A stretch of 64,000 nucleotides of DNA from Verrucomicrobiota bacterium (GTDB lineage Bacteria; Verrucomicrobiota; Verrucomicrobiia; Limisphaerales; Palsa-1400): contig JBEKYR010000010.1 in the NCBI GenBank assembly GCA_049510745.1, positions 1 to 64,000 of the forward strand, in the 5' to 3' direction. The translations under genes were made by a program, and so were the position numbers. Below are positions 59,924 through 64,000 of the stretch, in pieces; position 1 is the stretch's first letter, and the number at the start of each line of letters is the position of its first letter. The notes under the pieces were generated by a model, which saw only the letters and a program-made list of their open reading frames with translations, had not been told where the DNA came from and made no database searches.

Positions 59924-60766
59924 TCAGTAGAAGGTTCCGGTGATCACCACCGTGCTTTGGGAACAGAGCCACGGATAGTCCGGGTAGTGCGCAGTCGGCG
60001 TAGGGCCTGTGCCGGTGCTTGGGTTTTCAGTATTATTGTTCAGGACCAAGGGGTCGGTCCACTTGTGAATGACGGCGTGGCCATCGCAATAGAGAATGCC
60101 ATTGGCCTTATTGTGGTAGGTGGCGGGCCAATCGATCCATTCGTTCACGGTCGGATTGCACTCAAAAAACCCGTCATTAATGCTATAAGGATTCTCATCC
60201 AGCAAGAGCCAGAGATTGGCGGCGCCGCCGTGGTTCAAATCCGTTTCTTTGAAATACATGCGGCAATGAGTGGCGTTCAGTATGTCCCCCTGGCTGGGCG
60301 GCGCGGGACTCATCCAGCAGTTCATGGACATGCTGCGGGTCTTGGGCGTATGCGACTGATAGACCATGGTATGATCGGCCGGACATACATAGACAGCGAC
60401 ATTCTTGACATACGGGTAAAGAAGTCCCGCCATGATAAAAACATTGCTGGAAAGCAACACTTCGTCTTCCCGGCCCGGACACCACTGCGGATTAACATTG
60501 GGGGCGGAAATACTCGACGGTTGAAAGGATTCATCGCCGTTGGGCATCATATAGCCCCTGTTGTCAGCAGTGTACATGCCAATGGCTCCGGTGCCCAATT
60601 GCCTGAGGTTGCTGCGGCACTGGGTTCCCGTGGCCTGTTCCTTGGACTTGGCCAGCGCGGGCAGCAACATCGCCGCCAGGATCGCAATAATGGCGATGAC
60701 CACCAGCAGTTCAATTAGGGTAAATGCGTTTCGGACGGCGCGTTTGGGATGACAAACCGTGTTCAT
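59924..60766 (-). CDS. Prepilin-type protein with H-X9-DG motif
   Basis: [38 protein letters not shown]. Confidence 0.93.
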   Translation of the reverse strand: MNTVCHPKRAVRNAFTLIELLVVIAIIAILAAMLLPALAKSKEQATGTQCRSNLRQLGTGAIGMYTADNRGYMMPNGDESFQPSSISAPNVNPQWCPGREDEVLLSSNVFIMAGLLYPYVKNVAVYVCPADHTMVYQSHTPKTRSMSMNCWMSPAPPSQGDILNATHCRMYFKETDLNHGGAANLWLLLDENPYSINDGFFECNPTVNEWIDWPATYHNKANGILYCDGHAVIHKWTDPLVLNNNTENPSTGTGPTPTAHYPDYPWLCSQSTVVITGTFY

Positions 60767-60895
60767 GGATGTTTTGTTTTCGACTTGAACTATATCACAC
60801 CGGAACCATATGTCCAGAGGTTTTTTTAAAAAAATTTACCCCCCCCCAAACTGGCCGACGAGAACTTCGCGCTCTGGTTTAATGGACCCGGCCCC

Positions 60896-60927
60896 AAAAA
60901 AGAAGGCGCCGGCTTCCCGGCGCCTTC
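60896..60927 (-). terminator. Intrinsic terminator-like hairpin
   Basis: GAAGGCGCCGG-cttc-CCGGCGCCTTC with an A run on the + strand (U tract on the - strand). Confidence 0.6.
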
Positions 60928-60939
60928 CTGAAACCCTTC

Positions 60940-61153
60940 AGCCCGAAGATCGCGTTGAGCAGTTCCCGGTAGCTGTGCTCTCGAGGTCGCCGGGTCTTGC
61001 AAGGCTCGGGAAAACAGTAGTCGATGAGTTGCCATTCGGCGTCCGTCAGATCAGAAGTGTATCGCATCCGCAGGGTACTGCGGGAATATGTTCACATTGT
61101 ACATACAAAAATGCGGTTTCATTGAGGTTTCCGCAGTTTTCAAACACGCTCTA
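60940..61153 (-). mobile_element. IS5-family transposase 5' remnant with left end
   Basis: 'YTSDLTDAEWQLI...RPREHSYRELLNAIF'; end sequence TA-GAGCGTGTTTGAAAA. Confidence 0.85.
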
Positions 61154-61389
61154 AGCGAGAATTGATGCCCCGCAAAAGTTGCGACCACTGCCCGCACGGC
61201 CTCGCGGACTCCGCGCAACTGAGGGGCCGCAACCGGCGCGGCGTCGCCAGCCAGGAAATTGTCCAGAGCCTCCATGCGGTTGGCCCTTTTGCCGCTCACT
61301 CATACAATCTGTAGGCGTGTCGGGACATCTGCAACTTTTTGTCCCGGTCGGCAGTTTTTTTGTCTTTAGCACAGTATTCGGGCAAGTAC

Positions 61390-61500
61390 CACGGACCATT
61401 CAGGCGGCTCGCAGTCTCCAGCGCAAATCCGGAGTCCCCCAGGGTGTTCCACTTGACCCAGTAATGGGCATTGGTGGGCACCAAGATGCTTCACGTGCAG
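61390..61500 (-). pseudogene. C-terminal fragment of a paralog of the 794-aa secreted protein
   Basis: 'VPTNAHYWVKWNTLGDSGFALETASRLNGPW' resembles 'VTTNDTPGGWWIEWSQPAANFTLASSTNL...W'. Confidence 0.45.
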
Positions 61501-61532
61501 GGTGGGATCAATTCCGTCTGTGATTTTTCCAT

Positions 61533-61562
61533 AAAAAACGGCGCCGGTTGCCCGGCGCCGTT
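61533..61562 (-). terminator. Intrinsic terminator of the 794-aa gene
   Basis: AACGGCGCCGG-ttgc-CCGGCGCCGTT plus U tract on the - strand. Confidence 0.7.
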
Positions 61563-61598
61563 GTGAGATTTCAAGCCGTTATCCCCGGCGCATGATGG

Positions 61599-63983
61599 TT
61601 ACGGGGACACCACGTTGGTAGAGAGCAGGAAGAACGCCGTGGGCGCCGGCGGACCGGCGGCTGGCGGAGCCGGGTTCTGCAGCCCATTCGCCGTCGGCAC
61701 ATCGTCCTTGGGCAACAAGACCCAGAAATTCTGGCCGAAAGGTGTCGCGAGGGGCATGATCCTGGGCGCATTGGTGTCACTGTAGCCACTGTACCACCCC
61801 GGATTGATCCAATTTGCCGACATCAAATTGGTGCTCGAGGCCAGGGTGAAATTGGCCGCCGGCTGCGACCACTCGATCCACCAGCCACCAGGGGTATCGT
61901 TGGTCGTTACAATGATCGTACTGGCGGTCATCGCGGAGGCACTGTTGTTGAACTCGCCCGAAGGGGTTAAGTTTGCGCTAATGTCGCTGCCTTCCGCGGT
62001 GAAGTCTTCGAACTCATTGACGCCGGCGACACCAGTGACCTTGATCATCCCGTAATCTATATACGCTCCTTCCCCCGCCACCGAGTTGGGCTGGTGCCCG
62101 AAAACGCAGTACATAGGATCGGCGAAGTCGGCCATCAGATTCGTGTCGGTGATCGTAAAGTTCGTCGGGCCAAGGATGACTTGGCCTGGCGGGATGACGT
62201 AGCCGGTGTTGGTACTGGTGAACACCAGCGTCCACGTGCCAACGGCAGTGGAGTTGGTGAAGGACAACGCGTTACCGTACGGATTCCCCGTACCGCCCGG
62301 ATTCGAACCCGACGCATTGGTCTTCCACTGGACGTTGCACACGACCTGGCCGGCGGCCGGCCCCGGATTCAGTTGCATCCAAAGCATGTTAAGCGCATTC
62401 CAATCGGAATATTGACTGCCCGAACTGCCGGGTATCAGTTCGAGGTGTATTTGTCCGATGTTGGAGTTGTAATTCTGGAGCGAGTATGAGTATTCGACTG
62501 GGTAAGTCACACTCGGGTCCACCCAGGACTGCGATGAGTCAGTGGTGTACAACTCCTCGCGATCATAAGTATTGGCGGTCGATCCGGCGAAAATCCGCAA
62601 CCCCGGTTTTGCCGGCTGCGGAACCGCCAGCGTCGGCGGGGGTATTATCTGAGTAGCCAGCGGTCCGGTGAATTTGACGTTATCCACGTACAGAATCTGA
62701 TTGCCGGTTAGACCACCGCCACCAACGTAGGCGGTCACGTCTTCGCCAATTAACACACCGCCAATATCGGTGAAGGCGGCGTTGTTGTTGGGAAACTGCG
62801 CGGTTATATGGTGCCAGTTGGTGTCGCTGATGGTCGTGTAGCTGGAGTTTATCCAGTCCTGACCTCCGGAGACGGGCCGGATGCCCAGCCGTATGACGCC
62901 GAGAACGCCGTTGGCGTTCGTTGTCCCGGCCGAGCTGGGGTCAAACATCACGTCGCACTCCAGATTCGTGTACTGTGGGTAGCCGATGCCGACCGTTCCC
63001 CCCGGGACATACAGTGTTCCGAACCCCTGTTGATAGACGACAAACTGCTGATATCCATCGCTGGCCGCGTCCCAAGTCATGTTGATTGCCATCGCTCCGT
63101 TTGCATTCGTATCGCCGCTGACGTTCACATTGGGATCAAAGGAAACAGTGACTCTGGTGCCAAACCACTCGCCCCAGACGCTTGTAATATTTCCAGCGGC
63201 GTAGCTTTCGGCGGAGGGATAATAATCGTAATTGGTCGGGTTGCTAGAATTCACGCCGTTGGTGGAAAAGTCGTCCACAATGTAGTCGATCTCCGTTGGC
63301 GGCGTGCCCAAGGTGACGTTGTTCATGTAAATATTGGTTAATTCGCCACCGCTGCTTTGGAAGACCCAAACAAATTGCGCGTAGGTAGCGCCTGCAAAAT
63401 TCACACCCGCAGTCTTATAATTCCAAGTAACCACCTGCTGACGCGCCGGAGAGGTCGTACTATAGTAGAAAATAGGCTGTCCGTTCGAGTCATTGTTCGT
63501 ATCACCGGTTTCTGACCAACCATGTGCCGTTGCCGGAGTGCCATTATGCCACCCGCTAGGGTCGGAATTATATTGGAAATCAACCTGCTGAAGGTATCCG
63601 CTGGGAGTGCCGGCGTCACCAGGAGGTACTGATAATGTGAAGCTCAGTTGGGAACTGTTGGTGAGCGCGGCGATCTGGGCAGGCGTAAGACTGATATAAA
63701 GCCGAACGTTGCCGTATCCAGTTTCGTGGATAACAAGGCTTTGGGCGTAGCCGGCTGCCACACCTGCATACACATCGAATGCGCTCGGGGAGTTTGCGGC
63801 GGAAAAAATTGAACCATTTGGTCCGAATCCGCCCTGACCACGGTCCCACCCCTCATCATTTGCCGGGGTGGGGGGAATTGAGGCGCTTAACCAACTCCCG
63901 ATCCGCAGCCCTTGTGCTTGTGCCGCGAAGGCCAAGCCGCTCAGTAAACCCACAACTGCCGCTATTTTATGCAATGTTTTCAT
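61599..63983 (-). CDS. Large secreted protein with probable beta-sandwich/CBM-like domains
   Basis: Signal peptide (AFAAQA); rich in T/N/G/S and aromatics; 'IYMNNVTL' and 'LYVDNVKF' CBM-like domain ends. Confidence 0.75.
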   Translation of the reverse strand: MKTLHKIAAVVGLLSGLAFAAQAQGLRIGSWLSASIPPTPANDEGWDRGQGGFGPNGSIFSAANSPSAFDVYAGVAAGYAQSLVIHETGYGNVRLYISLTPAQIAALTNSSQLSFTLSVPPGDAGTPSGYLQQVDFQYNSDPSGWHNGTPATAHGWSETGDTNNDSNGQPIFYYSTTSPARQQVVTWNYKTAGVNFAGATYAQFVWVFQSSGGELTNIYMNNVTLGTPPTEIDYIVDDFSTNGVNSSNPTNYDYYPSAESYAAGNITSVWGEWFGTRVTVSFDPNVNVSGDTNANGAMAINMTWDAASDGYQQFVVYQQGFGTLYVPGGTVGIGYPQYTNLECDVMFDPSSAGTTNANGVLGVIRLGIRPVSGGQDWINSSYTTISDTNWHHITAQFPNNNAAFTDIGGVLIGEDVTAYVGGGGLTGNQILYVDNVKFTGPLATQIIPPPTLAVPQPAKPGLRIFAGSTANTYDREELYTTDSSQSWVDPSVTYPVEYSYSLQNYNSNIGQIHLELIPGSSGSQYSDWNALNMLWMQLNPGPAAGQVVCNVQWKTNASGSNPGGTGNPYGNALSFTNSTAVGTWTLVFTSTNTGYVIPPGQVILGPTNFTITDTNLMADFADPMYCVFGHQPNSVAGEGAYIDYGMIKVTGVAGVNEFEDFTAEGSDISANLTPSGEFNNSASAMTASTIIVTTNDTPGGWWIEWSQPAANFTLASSTNLMSANWINPGWYSGYSDTNAPRIMPLATPFGQNFWVLLPKDDVPTANGLQNPAPPAAGPPAPTAFFLLSTNVVSP

Positions 63984-64000
63984 GATTGATTTTGGCTGAA

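Overview
High-GC bacterial chromosome segment. Several gene families point to Verrucomicrobiota (Pedosphaera/subdivision-3-like): GloVer repeats, prepilin/H-X9-DG proteins and secreted proteins ending in ...FYRL. The taxonomy is inferred. (1) 1-10194 is a more AT-rich, decaying genomic island abutting the 3' end of a tRNA(CAT) gene. It holds a large NHL/BACON surface protein, a Sel1 protein, a nonsense-split GloVer gene, a sigma-like regulator and several fragments, including a stray nuoD/nuoI junction. (2) 10.3-35.3 kb is mostly core genes (pyrD, shc, ECF sigma/anti-sigma, argJ, M50 protease, ggt, metG, mtnP, smc). It is interrupted by an ABC-ATPase + TOPRIM-like pair (candidate defence system), a RAYT-type transposase and small repeats. 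(3) 35.6-38.6 kb is a nested mobile-element patch: an IS21 remnant with a TA-flanked MITE inside istB, a passenger gene ending in an attC-like site, and an IS200-like Y1 transposase inside REP-like repeats. (4) 38.6-44.2 kb holds a GHL10 hydrolase, a type II restriction-modification pair and a membrane protein. (5) 44.3-64 kb is a xylan/glycan utilisation locus (GH127, GH10, GPH transporter, GH115) with a cytoplasmic GH3-GH116-PfkB module, a URO-D/MtaA-family gene, two prepilin-like genes and a large secreted protein. A ~169-bp MITE with a candidate promoter occurs twice, and several genes look leaderless. No CRISPR array or rRNA was seen. All family calls are by eye from motifs; no searches were run.
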